A DNA stretch of 64,000 nt from Bdellovibrionota bacterium (GCA_041391425.1 JAWKNZ010000013.1:436-64435), one strand, 5' to 3'. Shown: positions 7,718 to 17,446, numbered from the stretch's first letter. The notes: generated from the sequence alone by a model not told the origin. Translations and numbers: made by a program.

Positions 7718-8840
7718 CTTGTCCATTGACCGTTAAGTGAAAGCAATCACCGGCAATGTCTTCTGGATCAAAGTATATTTTTTCAGTAGCATCGATATAA
7801 CGAAATTGGATATTCGATTTATCTTGTATGGCTATATTTTTATTCATTTCATCTACTACTTCTTTTGCAATTTCTCTATATTTACGAATTCTATTTGCCA
7901 AAAAATTGATGTGCTCTTTGACCACAGAAGGTGGAGAAAATAATGTTGGGCACATCCGAGCGGGGTTTGGAGGCATGATTTGAGAGAAGAGCTGCATATC
8001 AAGCGATAATGAAGTGCTGTCACTCTGATTTTCTAAATTTGGTAAATACCCTTGCTCTCTCAATTTGCGGCAGGTTGTATTTTTGCCAAATGCGCGGATT
8101 TGTTTTTCTAGTATTTTTTCCTGCCCAAGCAGTTGTAGTATTCCTAAAAAGCCAACCACAGATACTTCCGCGCCATCTATAGGTGGATTGCCATTTGTTG
8201 AGATATAATTTAACCCCGCATAGAGCGCGTTTCGATAATCTTCTTCACTTGTCGTTAGCTCAGGTGTTGGCGCGCATAGGTCGTTGCCTGTGTAAAATAT
8301 CATGATTTTGTTCGGTAAGTTTCCATCTAAGTAGTCCAGAACGCGATCCATTTGTCTAGAGATGGATGTGATGCGAGCACCATTTTCGGCTGCGATATAA
8401 ATACGTTCAGGGGCAACTCCAATGGAGCGGCCCAATAAATACCCCCAACTATATTGTTCAACATTTAGATAGCGCTCGGAAATAAACTGTATTGTATTAA
8501 AAACCAGCCAGTCTAAAGCTCCACTATATTCACGAATATTTTTTTTCAGTAAAATTGGAGGTTTTGGGTCTTCGTTGATTTGGTATTTCTTTAACAATTT
8601 TTGAGAGCTATTTGGTTTGATAGATGTTTTGTTATTAAATATATTCCACATGACAGCTGGATCAAATACCATCGCCGGGTGGGTGGCAGCTCCTGTAGCT
8701 AAGCTGTCTCCTAGTATAGCAATGCTTTTTCTGTCTTTTGAGTTTGCTGTTTCGTTTGCACTGAGTGATTGAGTATAGGCGAAGATTAAAATATATAGAA
8801 TCGTGATTACCTGAGTGTGTTTTTTAAAGAGAGTATTCAT
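7671..8840 (-). CDS. secreted SGNH/GDSL-family hydrolase
   Basis: It has a signal peptide, block I ...IAILGDSLATGAA..., ...FYTGNDLC..., and C-terminal ...GDCFHLT (DxxH). Its 3' end overlaps the convergent gene at 6899-7717 by 47 nt. Confidence 0.7.
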   Translation of the reverse strand: MNTLFKKHTQVITILYILIFAYTQSLSANETANSKDRKSIAILGDSLATGAATHPAMVFDPAVMWNIFNNKTSIKPNSSQKLLKKYQINEDPKPPILLKKNIREYSGALDWLVFNTIQFISERYLNVEQYSWGYLLGRSIGVAPERIYIAAENGARITSISRQMDRVLDYLDGNLPNKIMIFYTGNDLCAPTPELTTSEEDYRNALYAGLNYISTNGNPPIDGAEVSVVGFLGILQLLGQEKILEKQIRAFGKNTTCRKLREQGYLPNLENQSDSTSLSLDMQLFSQIMPPNPARMCPTLFSPPSVVKEHINFLANRIRKYREIAKEVVDEMNKNIAIQDKSNIQFRYIDATEKIYFDPEDIAGDCFHLTVNGQAKIADAVLTDVSKDL

Positions 8841-8870
8841 AGGTTCCTTATAGATTAGCGTTTAAAATAA

Positions 8871-10328
8871 TTAAGACTTAGTAGCATCTGTTTTGAGACG
8901 TTTTACTAGCTTCGGTAAGTTTTTGCCGAGCATAAGAAAATCACTTATACCAGGCCTTGCTGCTTTAAACAAAACTGGGGTGGCAATGCGCTTTATCGGC
9001 ACCTCTGGATCAATCCCTTTGGCTAAACCTTCAATGGTTACCAGGCTTTTTGCCATCAGCAGAAGGCCTTGTGGCATTTCAATTCCCAACTTGGATGTCG
9101 ATTTTAAGCATGTTTCGATTAAATCACAAAGCGAGGGTTTGCTGCCATTTTTTGTGTTAGTACTTAACTTGGTAGAAAATTTTTTAAGTTCTTTTCTAAT
9201 GGCTGCGCGACTGACGCTTTTTTCTCTTTTGATATTCGCATTCTCTTTGCCAAGAGTGTATATCGCTTCAACTAAACGATCCATATCCATAGCGATTACA
9301 GCTTTTAATATGGCTGCAATATGTTTCCTGTCTGACTCTAAAAGCTCTCCAGTTAGCCCCCAGTCAAAAAGTCCAATTGACATATCTTCTAAAAGAATTA
9401 AATTTCCAGCATGGGGATCTCCATGAAAGAGCCCCATTTCAAATACTTGCACAAGAAGTTCATGTAATAGGGTTTTGGCTAGCTTCTTTTTAGCAGCAAT
9501 TGGCAACTCTACTTTTCCAGTTACAATCTTTTCTAATGAAGTCCCTTCGAAAAACTCTATGGCTAGCACATTATCAGTACAAAATTCATCATAAGTTTTC
9601 GGTATACTGATCAGTTTTTGCGGCCTTTTTTTCATTTTTTCATATACGCGCTTGATGGTTCGTCGCTCGTTATCCAAAGATGCCTCTTTGCGAAAACCCT
9701 TGCACAATTCTTTTAAATCCCGGGTTACGAGTTGAGAAGCTTTGCTTAGTTTAATCGGTTGTATAATTTTTATGAACTTTTCTATCAATGATACTGTTTC
9801 TAGCAATCTTATTTTTGCGCGTGGTTTTAGAATTTTAATAGCCCATTTACGACCTTGAAGGTCCATAGCTGCATGAACTTGGGCCATACTTGCTACTCCA
9901 AGAGGATGGACGTCAATTGTAAACTGTTCTCGCCAAGTTGGGATTTCATCATCGAGGATTTTTTCGACTTGTTCAAATGGTAGTGGCGGCCAGTCACCAT
10001 AGAGGCGTGTTATATGAAAAGATTCTGCAATTTCTTGTGCATTATTTGGCAGTCTGCTTAGATAAATCTGGCCCATTTTTCCATACACCGGTCCTAAGTC
10101 ATCAAAGAGGTTCAGAATGCTATCGCTAATAAGGTCTTTGAACTGTTCTTTATAGGCTAGGTGCTCAAGTCTGGATGAGCTGATAAAAGAGCGGCCAATA
10201 TTGAGGGGTAGGCCGACGACTGCATGTTTGAACCAGGCTGAGCTAATCCGACTGGATTCGATAAGCAGTGATTTAGGAAGCGACCTAGGAGAAGCGGAGG
10301 CCGCTTTTAAAAACAACTTTATTGGCAT
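8871..10328 (-). CDS. ubiB: ABC1/UbiB-family atypical protein kinase
   Basis: ...LGPVYGKMGQIYLSR..., ...PLGVASMAQVHAA...WAIKILKP... and ...FHGDPHAGNLIL... are the characteristic ABC1/AarF/UbiB motifs. Confidence 0.8.
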   Translation of the reverse strand: MPIKLFLKAASASPRSLPKSLLIESSRISSAWFKHAVVGLPLNIGRSFISSSRLEHLAYKEQFKDLISDSILNLFDDLGPVYGKMGQIYLSRLPNNAQEIAESFHITRLYGDWPPLPFEQVEKILDDEIPTWREQFTIDVHPLGVASMAQVHAAMDLQGRKWAIKILKPRAKIRLLETVSLIEKFIKIIQPIKLSKASQLVTRDLKELCKGFRKEASLDNERRTIKRVYEKMKKRPQKLISIPKTYDEFCTDNVLAIEFFEGTSLEKIVTGKVELPIAAKKKLAKTLLHELLVQVFEMGLFHGDPHAGNLILLEDMSIGLFDWGLTGELLESDRKHIAAILKAVIAMDMDRLVEAIYTLGKENANIKREKSVSRAAIRKELKKFSTKLSTNTKNGSKPSLCDLIETCLKSTSKLGIEMPQGLLLMAKSLVTIEGLAKGIDPEVPIKRIATPVLFKAARPGISDFLMLGKNLPKLVKRLKTDATKS

Positions 10329-10547
10329 ACATTGAACCCTCAGTGATCAGGACTTACATAACACTTTAATATCAAAAGAACTATTTTAGGGGCAAGGGGA
10401 ATTGGAGCCCAATTATTTGAGGGAGGTGATTTGCACTTTGATTTTACTGGGTTTTCCATTTAATTGCGGGAAATCTTCTTGATAATTGGTTATTTGGGTC
10501 GAGGGTGCTGACTATTCCAGATGGCGAATTTTTATACTTGTGCAGGT

Positions 10548-11159
10548 TTATTTCTCTAATTCTGTTTCACAAAATCCACTATATATTTTTGTGCTTTCTT
10601 CGATGCTCCACTTTATATTTTGACTTTGATTTGCGGGAATATCTGATACGTTGAAGGCAACAACTAAATAAGGTCTTTGTATAGCTTGATTAAAGGCAGT
10701 GCATTGTGTATTAGTACTTGGTTGCCATTTTTCGACGTGCAATTTGATAGTATCATCTTTTTTTTCTGCTTTGATAAGTCTTAGCAGGTGCCCACCAGAG
10801 TTATGAAATGCACCCGTTATTGCAATATATAGATTGTTTTGAAAATCATAATTATTTCTATCTTTGTAGCCAAATATACCAAGCGTTTCAGCAAAAAATT
10901 CATTGTATTTACCTAAATTTGGTAATGTTTCAAGAGTGATGCTTTGGCCCTGTGAAGGATCTTCTTCACCTAGGCCAGCAAATCCTTCTTTGACGGTCTT
11001 ACAGTTGATCAGATTATCACCTTGTTGGCACTCTGATAATTTGGGAATGTCATTGACAGAAAATGACGTCGCAGATGGTGTCTTGGTCATCTGACAAGCA
11101 TTTAATAATTGAAACACAACTATCAAAATTGAAAGCATTGCATAACTGTTTCTTTTCAT
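10548..11159 (-). CDS. hypothetical lipoprotein
   Basis: It has a signal peptide with lipobox LLNAC. No other motif was recognised. Confidence 0.5.
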   Translation of the reverse strand: MKRNSYAMLSILIVVFQLLNACQMTKTPSATSFSVNDIPKLSECQQGDNLINCKTVKEGFAGLGEEDPSQGQSITLETLPNLGKYNEFFAETLGIFGYKDRNNYDFQNNLYIAITGAFHNSGGHLLRLIKAEKKDDTIKLHVEKWQPSTNTQCTAFNQAIQRPYLVVAFNVSDIPANQSQNIKWSIEESTKIYSGFCETELEK

Positions 11160-11218
11160 TCCGTAGCTCCTTTCTAGTATCCTGTCAGATAGTCTCTATG
11201 GCGATACACTTTTGAATT

Positions 11219-12973
11219 TTAAGCGACATGCAATCCCGAATTTGTTTCTAATAACTTTGCTTTTTTTATTTCATGGATAGACTGAGGTTTGTGGAATAAG
11301 AACCCTTGAACTAGGTCGACGCCAAGTTTCATTAAAATGTCAAATTCTTCCCAACGCTCAATGCCTTCTCCCAAAATAAGTGATTTGGATATTTTTGTTG
11401 CCTTAATTAATCCTTCGACAAATGCTTTTTTTGAAGGGTCTTTATCAATGCCGTCAACTAGGCTACGGTCTAATTTTATGATGTCTGGCTTGATTTTTAA
11501 TATTCTATCTAAGCTGGCGTAACCTTTTCCAAAATCATCAGCGGCAATGCCGAACTTTAGCTCTTTTAATTGCTCACGAACGCGTAATAACAATTCGAAA
11601 TTATTTATGTCTTCAGTTTCGGATAGCTCGAAAGTGACTTTACTGCCTTTTTGGAAGATCTTACGTAGAAAGCCTATGTGATAGATATTGCGTGGAAGAA
11701 CATTGACCATTAAGTGAAAGGGAAAGCCATCAAACTCTTTAGCTGCCATTTTTAAACATGATTGGTCAAGCTCTAACGAGAGTTTGCACGAAGCTGCTAG
11801 TGAAAATAACACATCAGGCCTAAGGTACTTGGGATTTAGATGCATTTGATTTTCTTGTGGGCCAAAAACTCTTTCCGCTTGTTTTTGCCGTACCCGAATC
11901 AATGACTCAAAGGCAAATATTTGGCTTTTTAATGGTCTTATATCCTTTCCACCGTCGCAACCTTCTACGGTTTCTCGTCTTATATCTTTGGCGTAAAAAA
12001 TTCCTTGATAATTTGGATATAAAAGGCCATCAGTTCTAATTAATGTCTGCAGCATTTGCTGTTGTGTAGATTCGATGCGTACCAGTTGGACTGTGGCCAT
12101 TTTTCGGCTTTTTTCAAACAAGGTTTCAATGGAGCTATTAATCTCTATGCAAGGATTATATAAGAGAGTCGAATGTCCTACAGAAAAATTAGGAACAGTG
12201 TCCAAGCAAGGTGGCAGCATTTTATTTTTTTTCGGTGCAGAGATTTCTTCCCATAATTTGTTTTGAATTTTTGAAACCAGGCGATCTGTTAGTCTTTCTA
12301 ACGCTCCAGGCATTGGGATTTGTGAGGAACCACGGGCTTTTTCCAGAAAGATATAATAGATGTCGCTATCAGTAGATTTTCTGCATAAGATATCTCGGTT
12401 ACGAAAATGTCCGGGGCTTCCCCACGCCTCGTACAATAATTTTTGAAAACAGGTTTGTAACTGTAAGTGTACTTCGCTTCCATATTTCATAGCCACACTT
12501 CTGAATTTCGAGGCGTCTATGGTTAGCATGCTAAGAGCGCCAATGGTTTTTAACATGCTAATGGGAATTTGTTCGTTGAGGATAGGAACGAGTTCTTTGC
12601 TAACTAACTTGCCCCCTCCTACAATAGCGCCGCATGAAATCAACGCATCGATTAAGTCATTATGAGTTGGATGGATGAGCCAGCGAACCCTATCGGCTCT
12701 GTGAAAATGGTCTCTGTGTGATGCTTTATTATTCTTGGATATGATGATCACAGGAATTCTGCGCCCTAGGTTATTGAGTAAATCTATCCATGCTTCTGGA
12801 TGAAAATGGCTATGGCGTTCATCTGCTACCACGGCTGTGACATTGGGTTTGTAAATTATATCTAAAGCAGATTTGTTCTTTAACGAAAGAAAACGGTGTT
12901 CTATATTGGATAGCTCCAGGCGAGAAGAAATCAATTTTTTAAATTTAACTTCTGATAATAAAAAACAGATCAC
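11219..12973 (-). CDS. EAL-domain c-di-GMP phosphodiesterase with degenerate N-terminal sensor/GGDEF-like region
   Basis: C-terminal motifs are ...FESLIRV... (EAL variant ESL), ...FELSETE..., ...DDFGKGYAS..., ...IKLDRSL..., ...GEGIE... and ...QGFLFHKP. The start codon is GTG. Confidence 0.8.
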   Translation of the reverse strand: MICFLLSEVKFKKLISSRLELSNIEHRFLSLKNKSALDIIYKPNVTAVVADERHSHFHPEAWIDLLNNLGRRIPVIIISKNNKASHRDHFHRADRVRWLIHPTHNDLIDALISCGAIVGGGKLVSKELVPILNEQIPISMLKTIGALSMLTIDASKFRSVAMKYGSEVHLQLQTCFQKLLYEAWGSPGHFRNRDILCRKSTDSDIYYIFLEKARGSSQIPMPGALERLTDRLVSKIQNKLWEEISAPKKNKMLPPCLDTVPNFSVGHSTLLYNPCIEINSSIETLFEKSRKMATVQLVRIESTQQQMLQTLIRTDGLLYPNYQGIFYAKDIRRETVEGCDGGKDIRPLKSQIFAFESLIRVRQKQAERVFGPQENQMHLNPKYLRPDVLFSLAASCKLSLELDQSCLKMAAKEFDGFPFHLMVNVLPRNIYHIGFLRKIFQKGSKVTFELSETEDINNFELLLRVREQLKELKFGIAADDFGKGYASLDRILKIKPDIIKLDRSLVDGIDKDPSKKAFVEGLIKATKISKSLILGEGIERWEEFDILMKLGVDLVQGFLFHKPQSIHEIKKAKLLETNSGLHVA

Positions 12974-13400
12974 TTATCACCTACTGTTGCGTTGTTTTTA
13001 ATCAATGTAAGGGGTATTTAGCCTATAGTTTCATCTACCTATCGGACTTTATTCTATAAGAATTAAGCAGATTAATAAAAATCCAGGATGCTGTATGAAT
13101 CTGGGCTGATGATTTTTTATAACACAATGATATTTCTAAGAATTAGTGATATATCCACAGTTTGTGTGTATAACTCCACAATTGCGACATTGGAAAGCAT
13201 GCGAGACATAGTTTCTATCGGATTGCTAATTAGAAACACACAAATCCAAACTTTGTTTCTAAATTACGGCGGGTTACTTATATAAGATGAGGCGAAATCT
13301 GAAAATGAGGTACTGCTTTTAAGGGGAGTGTACTTATTTGTGGGATTTGTACTTTTAGGTATATTTACAGATGACATTTTAAAGAATACAGGGAAATGCA

Positions 13401-14402
13401 ATGTTAAATAAAGAAATACAGAGACTTTGCCAAAATACACCCAGAGTGCTAGCTTTGCCAGAATCTAGGGATCCAAGGATTCTAGCAGCTAGCGGGTCTC
13501 TGCTAAAATCGAATTCATGTAAGCAGGTTGTGCTTTTTTCTAGTGCTGATGATATTTTCAATATTGCAAAAGGGAACAATATCGAGCTGGAATCAATTGC
13601 AGATAAAATTCGTTTTATAGAAAATAGTGAGCTTGAACAGGCTACACGGGAAATGCTTTTTGCCAACTATGCTAAGAAAGGCAAACATTTGGCTGATGCA
13701 GAGCTAAGTCGATTGTCAAAAGCAGAGCTTTATCAGGCAGGATATCTTTTAGCTGCGCAGAAGGTCGATGCAGTGGTAGCAGGTGCGGTCCATAGCACAG
13801 CTGATGTTATTAAGGCTGGCATTACCACAGTGGGGACAAAAGATGGGGTTAAGACGGTAAGTGGTAGCTTTATCATGCAAAAAGAGAAAGCTGTTTATCT
13901 TTTTGCTGATGCAGCTGTGGTGGTTGAGCCGACAGTAGAGCAGCTAGTGGATATTGCCGTAGAGAGTGTAGCTACATGGAATGAAACCTTGGCTCCTTAT
14001 TATGGCAATCCAGTGGTGGCTTTTCTTTCGTTTTCCACCAAGGGTTCGGCTAAGCATAAAAATATTGAAAAGGTCGAAGCTGCAGCAAGGAATTTTTCTG
14101 AAAAATTCCCTGAAGTAGAATGTGATGGTGAACTACAATTTGATGCGGCTTACGATAAATTGGTCGGATCGAAAAAAGCCCCCTCAAGTAGTATTCCTGG
14201 AAGGGCAAACATATTTATTTTTCCCAATCTAGACGCAGGAAACATTGCTTATAAAATCACGCAGAGGCTGGCAGGCTTCAATGCTTATGGGCCCATTTTA
14301 CAAGGGATGAAATTTCCTTACTGTGATTTGTCGCGTGGAGCTGCGGTTGAAGATATTGTTTCCACTAGTTGTATAGCTCTTTTAAAATCGCTACGGAGTT
14401 AA
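13401..14402 (+). CDS. pta: phosphate acetyltransferase
   Basis: 333 aa, short-form Pta. Motifs are ...LPESRDPRILAA..., ...AGAVHSTADVIKAG... and ...IFPNLDAGNIAYKITQRLAG...GPILQG.... Confidence 0.85.
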   Translation: MLNKEIQRLCQNTPRVLALPESRDPRILAASGSLLKSNSCKQVVLFSSADDIFNIAKGNNIELESIADKIRFIENSELEQATREMLFANYAKKGKHLADAELSRLSKAELYQAGYLLAAQKVDAVVAGAVHSTADVIKAGITTVGTKDGVKTVSGSFIMQKEKAVYLFADAAVVVEPTVEQLVDIAVESVATWNETLAPYYGNPVVAFLSFSTKGSAKHKNIEKVEAAARNFSEKFPEVECDGELQFDAAYDKLVGSKKAPSSSIPGRANIFIFPNLDAGNIAYKITQRLAGFNAYGPILQGMKFPYCDLSRGAAVEDIVSTSCIALLKSLRS

Positions 14403-14451
14403 GGTGTTAATGTGTTGTAATCTGTATAAATAAGATCAGGTAATTATTTTT

Positions 14452-14982
14452 TTAATTATCTTTTTGAATTGTGAGGCCGCTAATTTTTTCGTTCTTTATA
14501 GTTAAGTTGCAATTGGCTATGTTATAAGCATAATCACTTCCGTGACTGCATAAATGAAGTATATATGCGTCCTCTGTATTGTCAGGTGTTATGAAGTATC
14601 CGACTATCTTCCCAATACTACTTTTTTCGTTTTCATGGAAATAAAGGTAATCGTGCCTTAAAGTCATGTCTTTGTTATTTCTTTTGATTACTTCTAGCTG
14701 AAATAACGGCACTTTTTCATTTTTTGAGCTAGTGCATTCAGATTGGTCGTAAAAATACACATATCCCAGTCTATTACTTTGTTTGTCTCTTTGGAACTTT
14801 ATACATTGCTTTAAAACGTCTGTGAGAGAAGTCTCATTTGTAAAAAACACTTTGGAGGTGCCCTTTACCTGGGGTTCTTCCTTCTGACTTGTGGTAACAT
14901 TAGAATACTGTCGGCGACTTTTACAGCCAGAGAAGTAAGAGCTCGATAAAATAATTAATAACAATAGCCTCGTTATATGCAT
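14452..14982 (-). CDS. hypothetical lipoprotein
   Basis: The ATG at 14982 gives MHITRLLLLIILSSSYFSGC (lipobox FSGC). The ORF-track start at 15015 (TTG) lies inside a palindromic repeat element. Confidence 0.45.
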   Translation of the reverse strand: MHITRLLLLIILSSSYFSGCKSRRQYSNVTTSQKEEPQVKGTSKVFFTNETSLTDVLKQCIKFQRDKQSNRLGYVYFYDQSECTSSKNEKVPLFQLEVIKRNNKDMTLRHDYLYFHENEKSSIGKIVGYFITPDNTEDAYILHLCSHGSDYAYNIANCNLTIKNEKISGLTIQKDN

Positions 14983-15002
14983 TCCACTTAGCAACCTATC
15001 TA

Positions 15003-15125
15003 TTAACGGGAGCAAAATCTATGATAGCTGCGTTACTTTCGTCTCTGCGCTGCTCATGTACCCATATGTACACTGTGCTGCTCGTTCCTCTGCGCCTTGC
15101 TCTCATGGGTTTTGCTCCTGTTAAT
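15003..15125. repeat. 123-bp imperfect palindromic element with 15-bp terminal inverted repeats
   Basis: TTAACGGGAGCAAAA (15003-15017) matches the reverse complement of 15111-15125, TTAACAGGAGCAAAA (14/15). The centre, CTCATGTACCCATATGTACACTG, is shared with the element at 47380-47580. Confidence 0.55.
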
Positions 15126-15254
15126 ATCTGCAGTTGGTAGTTTCTATATACGAATCTTTGGAGAAACTATAGTCGAGTCAGGTGGGTTCGTCTACTACAT
15201 TGTCATAACTGAATAATTTATATGTTTAGGACGGAAGTTTTGTACAGGGTTCTT

Positions 15255-15438
15255 CTAGGGCGTGTTGACGTTTCATTTCCTACTACGAGCCAAACCCTTG
15301 AGTCACAACGTTGTCATGATTTCAAAAATTATCCTCAATGTACATCTAGTACACCTCCGGTAATTTTTGAAACCCTTCCTAGCTGCGACTTTCAAGTATT
15401 TTTCTCTCGCTACGAAAATGAAACGTCAACACGCCCTA
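15255..15438. mobile_element. MITE-like hairpin element, copy 1 of 3 (about 185 bp)
   Basis: It runs CTAGGGCGTGTTGACGTTTCATTTCC...CGAAAATGAAACGTCAACACGCCCTA. The terminal inverted repeats span more than 20 bp. It is nearly identical to 23607-23790 and 28569-28753. Confidence 0.8.
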
Positions 15439-15750
15439 ATTATACCTCGCATATAGGAAGCCTTTCCGATATTTCACTGCTAGCGAGCTTTCTTCTGTAT
15501 GAATTTTGGATCTGTATATTTTTTATTTTTGTTCCCCGGACCTCGGTTATTTTATACCTGAGCAATAATTAGCTTATGCTGTGAACGAAAAAGGCTATAT
15601 TAATAAAACTTGTATTTTAAGTCGGTTACTTTTCGAAAGTCTTTGCATGGCCAGCTTGACGTGCTATAACCACATAAAATTAAGGTTAATTTTTACGGAA
15701 AACCTTGCTCTATCAGGAACTTTATCCTAATCTTCCCAAGCGAAATCAAA

Positions 15751-17418
15751 ATGATGAAGGATAGGTTTATTAATTTTCATTACAGGAGCAATCCAATGAT
15801 TAAGAGTTGTTTTATCCCCTCAGTGCAAAAGTTATGGGGACTGATTTTATTTTGTACTGCCCTAAACTTAGGTGGTACTGAAGATTTATTCGCTGTTGAT
15901 AGTAAAAGCCCGATTGATGGTGGAACTTTGATTTTTGGTAGGGGAGGTGACAGTGTAAACCTCGATCCTGCAGCTGTCACTGATGGAGAGTCTTTAAATG
16001 TTACTGATAATATTTTTGATAATTTGGTTACCACTAAATCAGGTACGACTGATATTATCCCAGCTCTAGCTACTAAATGGGATATTTCTGCTGATGGCCT
16101 TACTTATACTTTCTATTTGAGAAAAGATGCTAAATTTCACGATGGCACAGATGTCAATGCTGATGCCGTAATTTTTTCTTTTATGCGGCAAAAAGATCCT
16201 GCACATAAAGCTTATAAATTTAGTGGCCCTTATGTATATTTTAAGGCCTTGGGATTGGATAAGCTTATCAAAGGCATTACTAAAACAGATGATTATACTG
16301 TCAAATTTCAATTGACTAGACCTGAGGCTCCTTTTCTTTCCTGCCTGTCAATGCAGTCTTTTGCCATTGTGAGCCCTACTGCAGTAATGAAATATCAGAA
16401 AAAATTTGGCCGTAACCCAGTTGGAAGCGGCCCTTTTGTTTTTAAAAAATGGGAGAAAAATCAAAAAATCGTCTTAGCTCGAAATAGCAAGTATTGGGAA
16501 GGAGCACCACATCTAAAAACTTTAATCTTTAGATCAATTCCTGATAACAGCACCCGCTTGATTGAGATGATGGCACAAAAAATTCATGTAATGGATAACC
16601 CTAATCCTGATGATATCTCTACCTTAAAAGAGAAGTTGGGGGGCAAAGTAAATTTTGCCAAGCAGGCTGGGTTTAATGTTGGTTATCTGGCAATGAATAA
16701 CGATAAAAAGCCGTTTAATAATGTGTTGGTGCGAAAAGCAATTGCCCATGCAATCAATAAAGAAGGTATTATAAAAGCGGTCTATGCCGGATATGCGGAA
16801 GTTGCGAAAAACCCGATGCCTCCAACGTTATGGGGACATAATGATGCGGTACCTGGCTATGAGTATAATCCTAAAAAGGCCAAAGAATTGCTTAAAAAAG
16901 CGGGGTATCCTGAGGGTTTTACCACCACGTTATGGGCGATGCCGGTACCACGTCCTTATATGCCTGATGGGCGTAAGGTGGCAGAGGCAATTCAGGGAGA
17001 TCTTGCTAAAATCGGCGTTAAGGTAAAAATAGTAAGCTACGAGTGGGGAACTTACCTTGATAAAACAGAACAAGGGGAGCACGACATGGCCTTAATGGGC
17101 TGGACTGGAGATATTGGTGATCCAGACAATTTCCTCTATGTTCTTTTGGATAAAGACAATACTGTTAAGCCAGCACAAAATATCTCTTTTTATAAAAGCC
17201 AAAAACTTCATGATGTGTTGATTGCGGCCAAGGCGGAATCGAATCAAGACAAGAGAATCGAGTTGTATGAGAAAGCGCAGTCCATTATCTATAATGACGT
17301 TCCGATGGTTCCTCTAGCACATTCGATAACTGTTGTGCCGACTCTCAAGAGAGTGCAGAATTTTCAATTAGACCCTACTGGTCGTAGGCGATTTTCCAAA
17401 GTTTGGTTAGCAAAATAG
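15751..17418 (+). CDS. ABC transporter substrate-binding protein, family 5 (peptide/nickel, DppA/OppA-like)
   Basis: 555 aa with a signal peptide. It has the typical family-5 SBP layout (...FHDGT..., ...GSGPFVFKKWEKNQKIVLARN..., ...GWTGDIGDPDNF...). Confidence 0.85.
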   Translation: MMKDRFINFHYRSNPMIKSCFIPSVQKLWGLILFCTALNLGGTEDLFAVDSKSPIDGGTLIFGRGGDSVNLDPAAVTDGESLNVTDNIFDNLVTTKSGTTDIIPALATKWDISADGLTYTFYLRKDAKFHDGTDVNADAVIFSFMRQKDPAHKAYKFSGPYVYFKALGLDKLIKGITKTDDYTVKFQLTRPEAPFLSCLSMQSFAIVSPTAVMKYQKKFGRNPVGSGPFVFKKWEKNQKIVLARNSKYWEGAPHLKTLIFRSIPDNSTRLIEMMAQKIHVMDNPNPDDISTLKEKLGGKVNFAKQAGFNVGYLAMNNDKKPFNNVLVRKAIAHAINKEGIIKAVYAGYAEVAKNPMPPTLWGHNDAVPGYEYNPKKAKELLKKAGYPEGFTTTLWAMPVPRPYMPDGRKVAEAIQGDLAKIGVKVKIVSYEWGTYLDKTEQGEHDMALMGWTGDIGDPDNFLYVLLDKDNTVKPAQNISFYKSQKLHDVLIAAKAESNQDKRIELYEKAQSIIYNDVPMVPLAHSITVVPTLKRVQNFQLDPTGRRRFSKVWLAK

Positions 17419-17446
17419 TTCTTTTAAGATTTGTTGAGGTAGACCT

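Noticed and set aside
15003-15125. Integron attC-like site, suggested by an imperfect palindrome with TTAAC and GTTAA ends.
   Set aside because: The ends do not fit the RYYYAAC / GTTRRRY core sites well, and no integron integrase or cassette array is nearby.
15222-15572. ORFs 15222-15572, 23583-23816 and 28551-28814 share the peptide GRVDVSFPTTSQTLESQRC.GFKNYPQCTSSTPPVIFETLPSCDFQVF.SRYENETSTR. They could be mistaken for a small multi-copy protein family.
   Set aside because: The shared peptide is simply the translation of the roughly 185-bp inverted-repeat element. The ORF starts and ends differ in each copy and extend into unrelated flanks. There is no RBS, and the DNA is a near-perfect hairpin. 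These are translation artefacts of a MITE.
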